A stretch of 64,000 nucleotides of DNA from positions 1 to 64,000 of the forward strand of contig CAXXUO010000004.1 of the NCBI GenBank assembly GCA_963666485.2, written 5' to 3'. Source of the DNA: Syntrophorhabdaceae bacterium (GTDB taxonomy: Bacteria; Desulfobacterota; Syntrophorhabdia; Syntrophorhabdales; Syntrophorhabdaceae). The position numbers and the translations under genes are program-made. Below the pieces are notes generated by a model. The model searched no databases. It saw nothing but the letters and a program-made list of their open reading frames with translations, and was not told the origin of the DNA. Shown here piece after piece: positions 45,657 to 57,050 of the stretch (positions within the stretch are counted from its first letter, which is position 1; every line of letters begins with the position of its first letter).

Positions 45657-47529
45657 TTAATGATTCTGAGAACTTGCTGCATCAGGCTGCGACGGGATCA
45701 AAGATATGAGAAGCTCGAGGATGACAGCGGGGTCATTGTCCTTTACCGGGAGGACAACATTTTCGATCTGTTCTTTCAATCTCGGCCAATCGACCGGGGG
45801 TGATTTGACCATCGTGATCTTGCCGTGCATGGTCTTTACCGATTGCTCTTCTTCGGAAACCAATTCTTCATGCAGTTTTTCGCGCCGGCCTTAAACCCGT
45901 ATAAACAATATCGATGTCATCACCGACTTTTAGCCCCATGAGCCTCACCATATCGTGGGCAAGGTCCGTTATCCTGGACAGGCTCTCCCATGTCGAGGAC
46001 AAATATCTCGCCGCCCTTCCCCATCGCCCCCGCCCTGCATAACGAGCTGCGCCGCCTCGGGTATGCTCATGAAATAGCGCGTCATCTCCGGGATGGGTAA
46101 CCGTCACCGGACCACCCTTCATTATCTGCTCCTTGAAAAGCGGGATAACACTCCCCGCGCTGTTAAGGACATTTCCAAACCTCACAGCGATGAATTTCGT
46201 TTTATTTTCCCCGTTCATTCCCTGGCAGATAAGCTCTGCTACGCGCTTCGTCGCTCCCATGACATTGGCGGGCCGCACGGCCTTGTCCGTCGATATGAGG
46301 ACGAACTTATCGACACCCGACCTTATGGACTCTTTGACCACATTGTACGTCCCTTCTATATTATTCTTGATCGCAAGGCACGGATGATCTTCCATTATGG
46401 GGGACGTGCTTATACGCCGCTGCATGGAACACAACCTGGGGCTTATAAGCCTCCATTGCCCACCTGAGGCGCTCGGTATCAAGGATATCGCCAAGGACCA
46501 TCTTATACCTTTTACCGTTAAAAACCTGTGAAAATTCCATGTTAATACGATATATCTCATTCTCGACACGTTCATACAGCACGAGAAGTTCGGGCTCCAT
46601 CTTCATGATCTGCCTGCACAGCTCCGAACCGATCGATCCTGCCGCCCCCGGTTACCATGACGCGCTTGCCCGTCAAATACTGCCTGATCTGTTCCTCATT
46701 AAGCTCGACATGTTCTCTGCCAAGCACATCCTCGATACGTATCTCCCGTATCTGGTTAACATGAACAGTACCATTCAAGATATCGCTTATGGCCGGGACC
46801 GTCTTGCACTTTATTCCCGCCGCATCACACAACCCGATAATATGCCGCATTTCCTTGCCAGTCAGCGGAAGGGATCGCTATGACCGCCTCTTCCACCTCT
46901 TTCTTGGCGACTATCCGGGCGAGATCATCCCATTTTCCCAAGAACCGGAAGGCCATGTATGCGCATTCCCTTTTTTCTCTCGGGTCATCATCAACAAACC
47001 CTACCGGGGTCGTAAGCTATCCGGGGATTTAATTTCATCTCCCGCAGAAGCATTTCACCGGCCCTTCCCCGCTCCCCGCTATTATCACTCTTTTCTTGTC
47101 TCTCATAATTCGGACGGGGTAGGACTCCCTGAAAAGTCGATAGAGAAACCGTGACCCGCCTACAAGAAGAATTATAACGAACCAATCAATAATAAATACC
47201 GACCGGGAGAAATCTATCCAGTGATAGACGAGGGCCAATGTACGAAAAAAAGAGGCATGAGCCGACCACAGTCGCCTTTATAATCCGGACGAGGTCGTTC
47301 ATCGACGCATATCGCCAGACACCTGCATAGAGCCCGAAGAAATAGAAGCAGATGATCCGGATGACTATAAGGGCGGGCAACGTCTTGCAGAGCATCCCCC
47401 AGGTGTATATCGGGTATGGCGAAATTGAACCTGAGCGCAAACGCGAGCCAGTAGGCAAAAACCGTGCATGCGGCATCGGTCAGCATGACCACGAGACGTT
47501 TCGAGTTCAGGATAAGCCTGTTTTTTCAT
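45657..47529 (-). CDS. Membrane-bound UDP-GlcNAc 4,6-dehydratase (PglF/WbpM/CapD type), fragmented by many indels
   Basis: Fragments give GLY.GVWRYAS, IEDVLGRE, GSIGSELC, FHAAAYKHVP, ISTDKAV.P.NVMGATKR, VRFGNVL, GLRP.EKL.EEL. Confidence 0.85.
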
Positions 47530-47574
47530 TGAACGTGATTCTTATAACATATGCGGTTTAAGAAAAAAAGCCGG

Positions 47575-48137
47575 TCAGTGTTGGATATGTTCCGATCGTA
47601 TCACCTTCGCAAAGGTCATCCATAATATCTTGAGGTCGAAAAAAGAACGACTTGTGGTGCAAATAGTACTCGTCATACTGCACTTTCACCGGTATGGATA
47701 TCTTGTCACGACCGTTTATCTGCGCCCACCCCGTGATCCCCGGGACAAGACGGTGCACCCCCTTCAGGGTCCTTATGGTTATGAGGTCGTCCTGGTTATG
47801 CAGTGCCCGGCCGTGGGCCCACCAGGGACATGTCTCCCCTCAGGATGCTCCATAACTGGGGAAGTTCATCGAGACTGTATTTTCTCAGGAACGGGCCTAC
47901 CGGCGTCAGGTACGAATCGGCATCTTTCAAAAGGTGTGTCGCGATATCCGGTGTGTTTCTGTGCATGGTCCGAAACTTAGGCATCTTGAAGATGACGTTG
48001 TTTATACCCACCCGGTCGGACCAGAACAAGATAGGGCCCCTCGATGAGATCTTGATCACCACAGCTATCGCCAGCATCGGCAGGAACAATATAAGAGAAG
48101 CGATGACTGCGACGAGAAGATCAAATACCCGCTTCAT
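47575..48137 (-). CDS. Bacterial sugar (phosphoglycosyl) transferase, frameshifted
   Basis: KRVFD, KFRTM, SLDELPQL, MSLVGPRP, PGITGWAQINGR. Confidence 0.85.
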
Positions 48138-48155
48138 AAAAAGGTCTCCCGGCCT

Positions 48156-49106
48156 TTAAGCAAAGGTGCTCGTCAGGTCCCACGGCAGGTTCGTTCCCGC
48201 ACCCCGCAATCTGTCGATCGAATACGCTGCGTCCATCGATATCTTTCTCAGCTGATATGTATAATATTCCGCTTTTCCCGGCAACACCAGTGATAAGCAC
48301 GAAAACACCATATGCGGTATTGCCGGAGGTATCGTGATAACGGGCTTCTTCCTCCCCGGACCCTTATTGAAAAAAGAGATGAGGTCGTTTATCGAATAAT
48401 TCTCCCTGTCCCGAATATTGAAAGTCTGATCCGATAAGGCCTCTTCATGCAACCCCCGTGCAGATGACTTCTACCAGGTTATTCACCGAACACAACGACA
48501 ATTTCTGGTTCCCTTCTCCCAGGCGATAGAAGCAACGCTGCCCGGGCAAGTAGATCCTTTTATGGATGTTCAGCAGAAAAGATCTTCCGTACACCGGCGA
48601 CAATCTCAGGATCGTGTGCGATATTCCATGCTTTCCCGAAAATATCCGTATTTCCTCCTCGGCGGCCAATTTGCTCTCACCATAGAAATCGTCCGGACGG
48701 GTAGGCGAACTTTCATCCGGCTCCGTGCCGGGCGGTATGGTGCCGTAAACCGACACCGTGCTCAAAAAGATGATCTTCTTCAGCCGGGAAGGATTGAGAC
48801 CTCCGAGAACGTTCCTGGTGCCAAGGTGGTTGATCCGGAAATAGTTTTCCCGTGAAAGGTCGGAGGACCTTTTGTGAACGAGCGCCGCGCAATGGACCAA
48901 TACCCCTGCATCTCCGGCCGCGGCGGGTATAGCCGCATCATTGGTAATATCAGCAGGGAAACATGAAAGGTTCGGGTGGTCCTTCAGATCGACGAGATTG
49001 TCAAAAACAAGGTCAAACCCGACGACCCGATTGCCCCGGCTCAATATCGCCCGGGCCAGGTGTGATCCGATATAACCGTTTATCCCGTTATTAAAACGTT
49101 TTCCAT
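48156..49106 (-). CDS. NAD-dependent epimerase/dehydratase (extended SDR), frameshifted
   Basis: ITG.NGYIG after one-base repair; HCAA, STVSVYG, YGESK. Confidence 0.8.
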
Positions 49107-49107
49107 T

Positions 49108-50299
49108 TCACTTCTGAAAATTCGATACTATCTGGCGCGCGGCCTTTTCGACCGAGAATCTCTCCTCCAGAAGCCTCCTGGCGTTCAGGCCCATCTCCCC
49201 CCGCAGCGTACTGTCGCGGAGTAGCTGCACAGCATGGGTGAGGAAGACGCCGTCGTCACCGTTGATCGAAACGAGGCCCGCTTTGCTCTCTTCGATCATC
49301 CCCTTCAGGTCGTTCCCGGGGTTGATACTCGCAAGGACAGGCATGGAGTTATACATGTACCCCAGCATTTTCCCCGGGAAATTATGTGTCTTCAATTTTC
49401 TGTCCAAAGAAATGAGGCCGATATCAAATTCGGACAGCATTGCCAGGTATTCCTCCTGGTCTACGGCATCCAGTATACGTATATTCTGCAGCGCCTTGTC
49501 GGAAATTATCTGCCTGAGCCTTGCCGATTCGCTGCCTTCGCCGACAAGAAGGAAAAAGGCTTCAGGGTCATTGCGCAGGCCTTCAGCGAGCCTCAGAATG
49601 TTGTCCATATCCTGGGCAACCCCGATATTCCCTCCATAGAAAAAGACCAGTTTGCCCTCTAACCCCAGCTTCTGCCTGTAATTGCTCGTCGGCACATTTT
49701 TCTCGTCCAGGGTTGTCCAGTTATACAACACCTCGGACCTGAAATGCTTCAAAAGATCATTTTCCCTGAAATACTTGAGATTTTCCCCCTGATTGAACGC
49801 CTATAACGTCCGCCGCCCGGTATTGCTCCATCTCCTTTCGGCAAAAATAGCGGTAGATCATCCCGTCTTTCAGAACACCGGCGTCAAGCGCCCATTTCGG
49901 GAAAATATCACGCAATATCAGGTACGATCCGCACCCGTAAAGGGAACGTACCCGGTTTACAAACGACCCGAAAAATATGGTCGGGGAGTAGTAGACTACC
50001 AGGTCAAATTTACGCCCCGCCAGGTATTCCCCGGCCCTTCTTCCAGAGAATATCGGAAAGCCGTGCCTCATTGACGGCCCTTAAAACCCGGGCGCAGATT
50101 TGATCCTGCCGGACCGCACACGGACAACCTCAATATTATCTTCTACTCTTATCTCACACTCGGAGCCAATCGATTCATCCGGGGCGATGACCGCCGGTTG
50201 GTGCCCCTGCCGATGAAATTCCACCGCAAGATCATGGATAAGCTTCGCGCTCGACATGGTGCTCGGCAGGTAATAAACAACAACGAGAAGTATGCGCAT
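49108..50299 (-). CDS. GT4 glycosyltransferase (WbuB-like), frameshifted
   Basis: YSPTIFF, RDIFP.WA, YGGNIG.AQ, NFPGK; three fragments. Confidence 0.82.
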
Positions 50300-50317
50300 T
50301 GTGAAAATGGGTCTCTT

Positions 50318-51442
50318 TTACCTATGCCAGACCGTGCGGTTGACGTATCCGGTATAGCTCACGATGATGCGAAGAACTTTCTTCGAAACATTCGGAACGT
50401 CATAATCCCGTACAACGCAAAGGGTGCGGTCAGGACCCCGTTTTTGATCTTCCAAAATACGGATCCCATCCCGGACGTTCTCCCATTCGAGACCGGTCAT
50501 CATTACGGCCCCTTCCTCCATCCCTTCCGGCCTTTCGTGCGCGTTGCGGATGTTGAGAGCAGGGAAATTCAGGATCGATGATTCCTCCGTAATGGTCCCG
50601 CTGTCTGAAATGACGACACGGGCGTTCGTCTGAAGATTGACGTAATCACAGAAACCCAGCGGTTTCAGCAATTCGATCCCCGGGCCGATCGCCGCTTTTC
50701 TCTCGTCGATCATTTTCCGGGTCCTGGGATGCGTACTGACGATGACCCGCTTTCCGTATTCCGATGACAGGTTATTCAACATATCGACAAGCTTCCTGAA
50801 CTGATCGGAAAAGTCGATATTCTCTTCCCGGTGCGAACTTACCAGGAAATAATCCCTTTCTTTGAGATCAAGACGGGCCAGGATATCGGATGATGCTATT
50901 TTGTCTCTATAATGGTCCAGTACCTCGCGCATCGGGCTTCCCGTCTTGACGATGCGATCAGGGGGAAGGCCCTCGCGAAGGAGGTACTCGCGCGCAATAT
51001 CACTGTACGGCATATTGATGTCGCTCGTGTGGTCGATGATCCTGCGATTTATCTCCTCCGGAACCCGCTGGTCGAAACACCGGTTCCCGGCCTCCATATG
51101 AAAGATCGGTATCTTCCGTCTCTTTGCGGAGATGACCGACAGGCAGCTGTTTGTATCCCCGAGGACCAGTACGGCGTCGGGCCGCTCCTTCTCCATTATC
51201 TCGTCGGAGAAGGCGATAACATTCCCGATCGTGCGGGCGACAGAATCTCCCACGGCGCTCAGGAAATGGTCCGGCCTGCGTATGCCGAGCTCCTGAAAAA
51301 AGATCTCGTTCAACTCATAGTCAAAGTTTTGACCGGTGTGGACCAGCACATGCTGAAGATTTTCATCCAGTTCCCTCAACACGCGACTGAGCTTGATAAT
51401 CTCGGGCCGCGTTCCGACAATGGTCATTACCTTCAATGGCAT
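50318..51442 (-). CDS. UDP-sugar 2-epimerase (WecB family, FnlC/QnlB type)
   Basis: [43 protein letters not shown]. Confidence 0.92.
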   Translation of the reverse strand: MPLKVMTIVGTRPEIIKLSRVLRELDENLQHVLVHTGQNFDYELNEIFFQELGIRRPDHFLSAVGDSVARTIGNVIAFSDEIMEKERPDAVLVLGDTNSCLSVISAKRRKIPIFHMEAGNRCFDQRVPEEINRRIIDHTSDINMPYSDIAREYLLREGLPPDRIVKTGSPMREVLDHYRDKIASSDILARLDLKERDYFLVSSHREENIDFSDQFRKLVDMLNNLSSEYGKRVIVSTHPRTRKMIDERKAAIGPGIELLKPLGFCDYVNLQTNARVVISDSGTITEESSILNFPALNIRNAHERPEGMEEGAVMMTGLEWENVRDGIRILEDQKRGPDRTLCVVRDYDVPNVSKKVLRIIVSYTGYVNRTVWHR

Positions 51443-51476
51443 GGCACCTTTCCTTTCGGGAAAATTTGAACGTCCT

Positions 51477-52376
51477 TTACTTCTTGTACTGGTCCCGGTT
51501 TGCGATGAAATCCTCAAACATGGCGTCTATCAGTTCAGGCCATGCAGGAGGAGAATAGCCGGTCTTTGTCCGGAACCGGTCAGACCTTAGCGAACGGTCG
51601 AGCGATATGCCGTCGTACGCCTCGATATCGGCAGACCTGCCATACTTTTTCGCAACGAGCTTCAGGAGATCGAATTTGCTGATCGGTTCCGACGAAACAT
51701 GGAAAAGGCCCGACAGGTCCGGCGCCGGTATCACGTATCGATGAATGATCCGCGCAAACTCGATCGTCGGGAACCCCGTGTAAATGGCTTTTCTAAATCC
51801 TTTTACCGGGCCGCTCTCGCCCAGGAACCACTCGACCAGGCCATACCGGCTCCCGAGCTCATGCCCGATGATCGATGTCCGCAGGGTAACGCACCCGGGG
51901 TAATCGACCTCCCCGATCAGCTTGGTTCTCCCGTACAGGTCGTCGGGGGCCGGTGCATCGTCCTCCTCGTACGCCCCTTTCTTTCCGTCGAACACGCAGT
52001 CCGTGCTGATATGTATCATGCGTATGCCCGCGTCGCGGCATGCCCGTGCAACAACATGGGGGAAAAGCGCGTTTATCCTGACAGAAATGACAGCATCGCT
52101 GGCGGCCGGCAATTGCTTGATGATCCCTATGCAATTGATCACCACGGAAGGTCTTAATTCCCGAATGAGGGTTATTACCTGATCGGGATCGCCGGCATCC
52201 AGGTTCCCCGGGATAAAACGCCGCGCAAGCTCTGCCGGGAAGATATCCCTTAGTCTTGCAGAACTGCGTGACGTCGCATAAACTTCATACCCGGTCTGTG
52301 CCTCGAAATACCTCAAGAGGACATGCCCGAGCATCCCGGTGCCGCCGAGGACCAATATCTTTCCTGATTCATTCAC
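51477..52376 (-). CDS. RmlD-like 4-keto-sugar reductase (QnlA/WbvR type)
   Basis: [33 protein letters not shown]. Confidence 0.85.
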   Translation of the reverse strand: MNESGKILVLGGTGMLGHVLLRYFEAQTGYEVYATSRSSARLRDIFPAELARRFIPGNLDAGDPDQVITLIRELRPSVVINCIGIIKQLPAASDAVISVRINALFPHVVARACRDAGIRMIHISTDCVFDGKKGAYEEDDAPAPDDLYGRTKLIGEVDYPGCVTLRTSIIGHELGSRYGLVEWFLGESGPVKGFRKAIYTGFPTIEFARIIHRYVIPAPDLSGLFHVSSEPISKFDLLKLVAKKYGRSADIEAYDGISLDRSLRSDRFRTKTGYSPPAWPELIDAMFEDFIANRDQYKK

Positions 52377-52402
52377 GCTGTGCGTGCCCCCCCCGCGCCG
52401 TA

Positions 52403-53416
52403 CTACGATCTCAGCTCATCCTGGATATAGTCCAGTTGCAGGAGCTTCTCTTTTATCTCTTCTACATTCAGTTGTCTCGTGTTGTGCGAATTGTAATCGT
52501 CCAGATGCGACAACTGTTCTGCGCCTTCCGTGAAATACTTGTTATAATTGAGGTCCCGGTCATCGGGAACGATGCGGTAATAGTCTTTCAGGTCCTCGGC
52601 CTTGGCCAGCTCTTCCCGCGTCAGCAATGTCTCGTATAATTTTTCCCCGTGACGCGTCCCGATGATCCTGATCTCGCTATCCGCGTTGAAGATCTCCTTG
52701 AGCGCCTGTGCCAGGTCCCCTATCGTGCTTGCAGGGGCCTTTTGAACGAATATATCGCCCTGCCTCGCGTTCCTGAACGCATAGGTCACGAGGTCCACCG
52801 CATCATCGAGCGACATGAGGAACCGCGTCATGTTGGGGTCCGTGACAGTAAGTGGCTTCCTCTCCTTGATCTGTTTAACAAACAGAGGGATAACAGAACC
52901 CCGCGAAGCCATAACGTTCCCGTAGCGCGTGCCGCATAATACGGTCTTCGCGCCGTTGTCGAGGGTGCGTGCCTTTGCGACCATGAGCTTTTCCATCAAG
53001 GCCTTCGACATGCCCATCGCGTTGATGGGATACACCGCCTTGTCCGTGCTGAGGACTATCACCCGTTCGACATTGTGGGCCAGACCGACGTTGAGGACGT
53101 TTTCTGCACCCAGGATATTTGTCCGGACCGCCTCCATGGGATAGAACTCACAGGACGGTACCTGCTTGAGGGCAGCGGCGTGAAATATGAGGTCGACCCC
53201 GCTCATCGCGAAGTCAAGACTTTCATAGTTCCTGACGTCCCCGATATAGAACTTCACCTTCGGGTTGTTAAGCTCGATCCGCATGTCTTCCTGCTTCTTT
53301 TCATCCCGGCTGAACACACGGATCTCCCTGACCTCGGTATCCAGGAACCTTTTCAGGACGGAGTTCCCGAAGGACCCGGTCCCGCCGGTTATCATCAATG
53401 TTTTGCCTGCAAACAC
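52403..53416 (-). CDS. fnlA: UDP-GlcNAc 4,6-dehydratase/5-epimerase
   Basis: GGTGSFG, SRDEKKQ, AALKQVPSCEF.P, STDKAVYPINAMG, YGNVMASRGSV, GTRHGEK. Confidence 0.9.
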   Translation of the reverse strand: MFAGKTLMITGGTGSFGNSVLKRFLDTEVREIRVFSRDEKKQEDMRIELNNPKVKFYIGDVRNYESLDFAMSGVDLIFHAAALKQVPSCEFYPMEAVRTNILGAENVLNVGLAHNVERVIVLSTDKAVYPINAMGMSKALMEKLMVAKARTLDNGAKTVLCGTRYGNVMASRGSVIPLFVKQIKERKPLTVTDPNMTRFLMSLDDAVDLVTYAFRNARQGDIFVQKAPASTIGDLAQALKEIFNADSEIRIIGTRHGEKLYETLLTREELAKAEDLKDYYRIVPDDRDLNYNKYFTEGAEQLSHLDDYNSHNTRQLNVEEIKEKLLQLDYIQDELRS

Positions 53417-53493
53417 GTAAAACCTCCTCGGGATTTACTTCACGAATCACAAATTATAAAGACTTATCCGCGATCTATAAAGGTATTTATGCT

Positions 53494-55911
53494 TCAGGAA
53501 AAATCATTGCCCGAAGCAGGCCTTAAAACCCGCGTGAGCCGCGCCTGAAGAAGTCCGAGGATAAAGAACCCGAAAATACCCGGATACGGCTGACGAAGGC
53601 CCACCTTTAACGAATTGTCTATCCCGAATATGACGAACACGGCCAGGACCGACGCCATCAATGAGGCATGCACCGTGAGACCTGTCCGCGCCCTGTAAAC
53701 AAGCAGCGCGCTGTATATCAACAGCGCCAGGAGCGGGGCCAATGAAAGCAGCCCGAAATGGAACAAAAGATCGAGATAGTAATTATAGGCACTCGGGTGC
53801 ACCGATCTGTCCGGGTACTCATGGTGCCCGAAAAAAAACTCCCGTGCACTTGAGAACACCTCTTTCCCGTAAAAACCCCACTGATCGAGCCTGTCGCCCA
53901 AAGTCACCGGCGACGATACCCGCGTGAGATCGTATTTTTCATGTGAGGTCCTTACAGCACCGTTCAACGTCGCGGTATTCCCCATCACCCCGGGATTACC
54001 GATCAGTACAGCGTAGGATAGACCGGTCAGAAAAGCTATCGCGATCACCCTGACCATCATCCTGCGCAGCGGGGCCTTCCGTGCATAGGCAGGCAGGGCG
54101 GCAGCGGCCACCATGATCATCAATATCAGGAGTGCTTCGAATGTGAAAGAGGCCGCGGCGTACAGGCAGACGACGGGCATCATGAAGGCGAGCAACCGGC
54201 GCCATGTGCCGGAGTTGTCCCAGAGGCATATCAGCGCCGATCCATATATCGTCACAAACACTACCGGTACGTACGTCACATGCTGATAGATACTGAATAC
54301 GTATAAATACGGCGTAAGGATGAACAGGCCCTGGGCCCATGAGCAAAAAAGCTGCACCGGGACCAGCACGCAGATCACGACAAAACATGTTTTTTCGAAC
54401 TCGTACTGCTTTGAGATGGCTCCATACATGTCTCCGAGCACAAGGGCCAGGACCGGGAGCAGGTACTGGGCCATCAGGATCAACCGGGCAGCCTGGGTCT
54501 TGGCATCCTGCACTGTCAAGGATGCAAGCACCATGAAAACGGCCATGAGAAAAAAGACCGTGAGCGAACGATTGATGCCGCGGAACTGACCAAGGACCAT
54601 TGTGCCGGTCACGAGTGCAATGACCGAGACAGGGATCGGCAATTGGTTCAGGGCCCTGCCCGTATCGAAAATGAACGCCTGACTGGCAAAGATGTTGCCC
54701 CCCAGTTGAAAAAATACCGGAAGTGCAATGAAGGCGGCAAGGCCGAACAATTGCACTTTCTCGACAGATGCCGACAGACCGGTCCTTCGCGTACTCCAGT
54801 AAAAACATAGCGTAAGAACCGCGTTAAAAAGATAGAGGCCTTCCAGGGACCGGCCGCCAAGGATATAGCAAAAGTAGGGCGGCGCGATCGCGATGAGAAC
54901 GTTTGACAGAACATCCGCACCGAACAACTCGATGTTCATCCCCCGCTGCAGCATCACAATACGTCGATGGAGCGCAACCATCATAACCGCTCCGCCCGCT
55001 AGCGACAATCCAGTGGTGGTCCAGAATGTATGTCCTTTCCTGAGCCATGTTGCCGTTTCCGGGTATACCGCCGAAATGATCGTGACACAAACTCCCGTCA
55101 CGAGCAATCCCGGGCAGACCATGCCGACGATCTTCGACGACATCTTTTTACCCTCTCCGGCATGTTCCCTCAGGACGAGACTCGGTCCGATCGAACTGCT
55201 GTAAAGGGTGGATAGCAGGCTGCCGATCGCAAAAGCAGTAAAAAGATCGCCGGCGACCACCCGGCCCACCAGAAGGATGACAGAGAGCCTGAACACATAG
55301 ACAGTAATTCCTATAATGCTGGTCGACCCGATGTTTGGCGTTAATCTTCCCAGGTTATGCATCAGGCTCATGCGCTCACGTGCTTTCCTTATTCTTCCGG
55401 TAAAGGCCGGAACAAGCGGCGCGAGGGCCCAGGGCACAATTGCGGATGCCGGCGTAACATTCATCCAGAACACCAGGAGCACGGCCAGAACAAAGGTCAG
55501 GCACTCTGCGATCACCGCAAGAAGCGCAGGCCTCACGTGCTGCTGAACCTCGTGGTCGCTCAAGAAGATCTCGCCGACCCATTCGCAACACCGGCGCAGG
55601 ATCAAGACGATCGCCAGGACATAACTGACCGACCCTACGATCGACCCAAGAATGAGGCAGGCGGCCGCAAGGGGTATCATGAGGGCCAGGCGCGCACGGA
55701 GCAGGACATGGGGCACCGAGCCTGTCGGGTCGGCAAATATAACGTTCCGGGCGTTGGCCGAGAATGCGTAGAACAGGGCAAGGGTGGCGCCCTGCACTAC
55801 CGCTATGTCCGCAGTGAGGTCAGGCGCCCCCGCCAACCCGCACACGAGCATAAGAGCGGTCATAGAAAAGGAATTCAGCAGTATCGCCGATGAAAATATG
55901 TATATGTTCAC
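53494..55911 (-). CDS. Large polytopic membrane protein (805 aa): flippase-like N-half and O-antigen ligase/polymerase-like C-half
   Basis: GTG overlaps upstream stop (GTGA); >20 hydrophobic segments; DRLDQW...FFG...HPSAYNYYLDLLFHFG. Confidence 0.6.
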   Translation of the reverse strand: MNIYIFSSAILLNSFSMTALMLVCGLAGAPDLTADIAVVQGATLALFYAFSANARNVIFADPTGSVPHVLLRARLALMIPLAAACLILGSIVGSVSYVLAIVLILRRCCEWVGEIFLSDHEVQQHVRPALLAVIAECLTFVLAVLLVFWMNVTPASAIVPWALAPLVPAFTGRIRKARERMSLMHNLGRLTPNIGSTSIIGITVYVFRLSVILLVGRVVAGDLFTAFAIGSLLSTLYSSSIGPSLVLREHAGEGKKMSSKIVGMVCPGLLVTGVCVTIISAVYPETATWLRKGHTFWTTTGLSLAGGAVMMVALHRRIVMLQRGMNIELFGADVLSNVLIAIAPPYFCYILGGRSLEGLYLFNAVLTLCFYWSTRRTGLSASVEKVQLFGLAAFIALPVFFQLGGNIFASQAFIFDTGRALNQLPIPVSVIALVTGTMVLGQFRGINRSLTVFFLMAVFMVLASLTVQDAKTQAARLILMAQYLLPVLALVLGDMYGAISKQYEFEKTCFVVICVLVPVQLFCSWAQGLFILTPYLYVFSIYQHVTYVPVVFVTIYGSALICLWDNSGTWRRLLAFMMPVVCLYAAASFTFEALLILMIMVAAAALPAYARKAPLRRMMVRVIAIAFLTGLSYAVLIGNPGVMGNTATLNGAVRTSHEKYDLTRVSSPVTLGDRLDQWGFYGKEVFSSAREFFFGHHEYPDRSVHPSAYNYYLDLLFHFGLLSLAPLLALLIYSALLVYRARTGLTVHASLMASVLAVFVIFGIDNSLKVGLRQPYPGIFGFFILGLLQARLTRVLRPASGNDFS

Positions 55912-57050
55912 GAATCCCTGTTCAGGATGGAACTGAAGAGTTCCATGTAAAGCCGGGCAGCACTGTCCCACATAAATCTTTCGGCCACGTAGTGCCGGAG
56001 ATTCTCTCCCATGCCGCGGATGGCCGCGCCCTTCCCTAACATTTCCATAAGCCCGCTGTATATGGCGTCTGAAGTTGCCTGCACGACAACACCTCCTCCG
56101 ATCACGGAAATGTCGTCGAACCCGCATTGATCGGTGATCACGACGGGAAGCCCCGCGGCCCCGGCCTCGAGAACCACGATCGACATAGCTTCCTGCCGTG
56201 AAGGTATCACGAGCATATCCGCAGCATGAAGGGCATGCGATTTATCAATCCCGCCTACATACCCGATAAAATGCACCCTGTCCGCCACCCCCGCGTTTAC
56301 GGTCAGGTGACGCAGAAGGGACATCATCCCGGCATCAGGCCCGGCGAAAACGAGGTGGTGGGGAAAGCGGCCCTCCCCCGCAACCCGGGCGAAGGCTTCA
56401 AGCAAGAGATCGGGCCCTTTGATCGCGTTCAGCCTACCCATGAAAAGCAGGAACGGTACGTCCGGGATCCTGTACTTCTTTCTAAACCCAACGTCATCCG
56501 CCGCAACGTATTCCGACCCGTCAACGCCGTTGGGGATCAGGGTGATCATCCCAGGTTCAACACCGTAACATGCTATATCATCAACCTCCTTGCGGGAAAT
56601 GGCGATGACCTTCTTTGCGTGCCGAATGATCTTTCTCCCGAGCACGCAGTCGTAGATGCTCTTGAGCGTTCTCGACCTGCCGAAAATAGGTATCGAACCC
56701 GCCGGGCATATTATGTACGGTTTCCCCAGTTGCCTCAGGTACCGGAACACGATCCCGTTGAGGACCGTCCAGTGATTCATAAGCTGGACGACATCGGCGT
56801 GGCGGACGAGTTCCGATATCGTGTTCCAGGACAGGGAAGGAAGGAAATATCGTTCAAGCCGGCAGGGCAGAGCAACTACCCGAACGCTGCCGGCTTTGTT
56901 CCTCAGATCCCCGTTGACCCCTATGTCAAGGGTAAGGATCGTACAATCAGCCCCCATCGACGCCAGGGCGCGGCTGACCTGCAGCGTGCGCTCTGCTGTC
57001 CCCCCTCCGGACACAGGGTCAAGAATATTATTTACATTGAGGATTTTCAT
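55908..57050 (-). CDS. GT4 glycosyltransferase
   Basis: IPNG, FMGRL..IKG.DLL, PSRQEAMSIVVLEA. Confidence 0.9.
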   Translation of the reverse strand: MKILNVNNILDPVSGGGTAERTLQVSRALASMGADCTILTLDIGVNGDLRNKAGSVRVVALPCRLERYFLPSLSWNTISELVRHADVVQLMNHWTVLNGIVFRYLRQLGKPYIICPAGSIPIFGRSRTLKSIYDCVLGRKIIRHAKKVIAISRKEVDDIACYGVEPGMITLIPNGVDGSEYVAADDVGFRKKYRIPDVPFLLFMGRLNAIKGPDLLLEAFARVAGEGRFPHHLVFAGPDAGMMSLLRHLTVNAGVADRVHFIGYVGGIDKSHALHAADMLVIPSRQEAMSIVVLEAGAAGLPVVITDQCGFDDISVIGGGVVVQATSDAIYSGLMEMLGKGAAIRGMGENLRHYVAERFMWDSAARLYMELFSSILNRDS

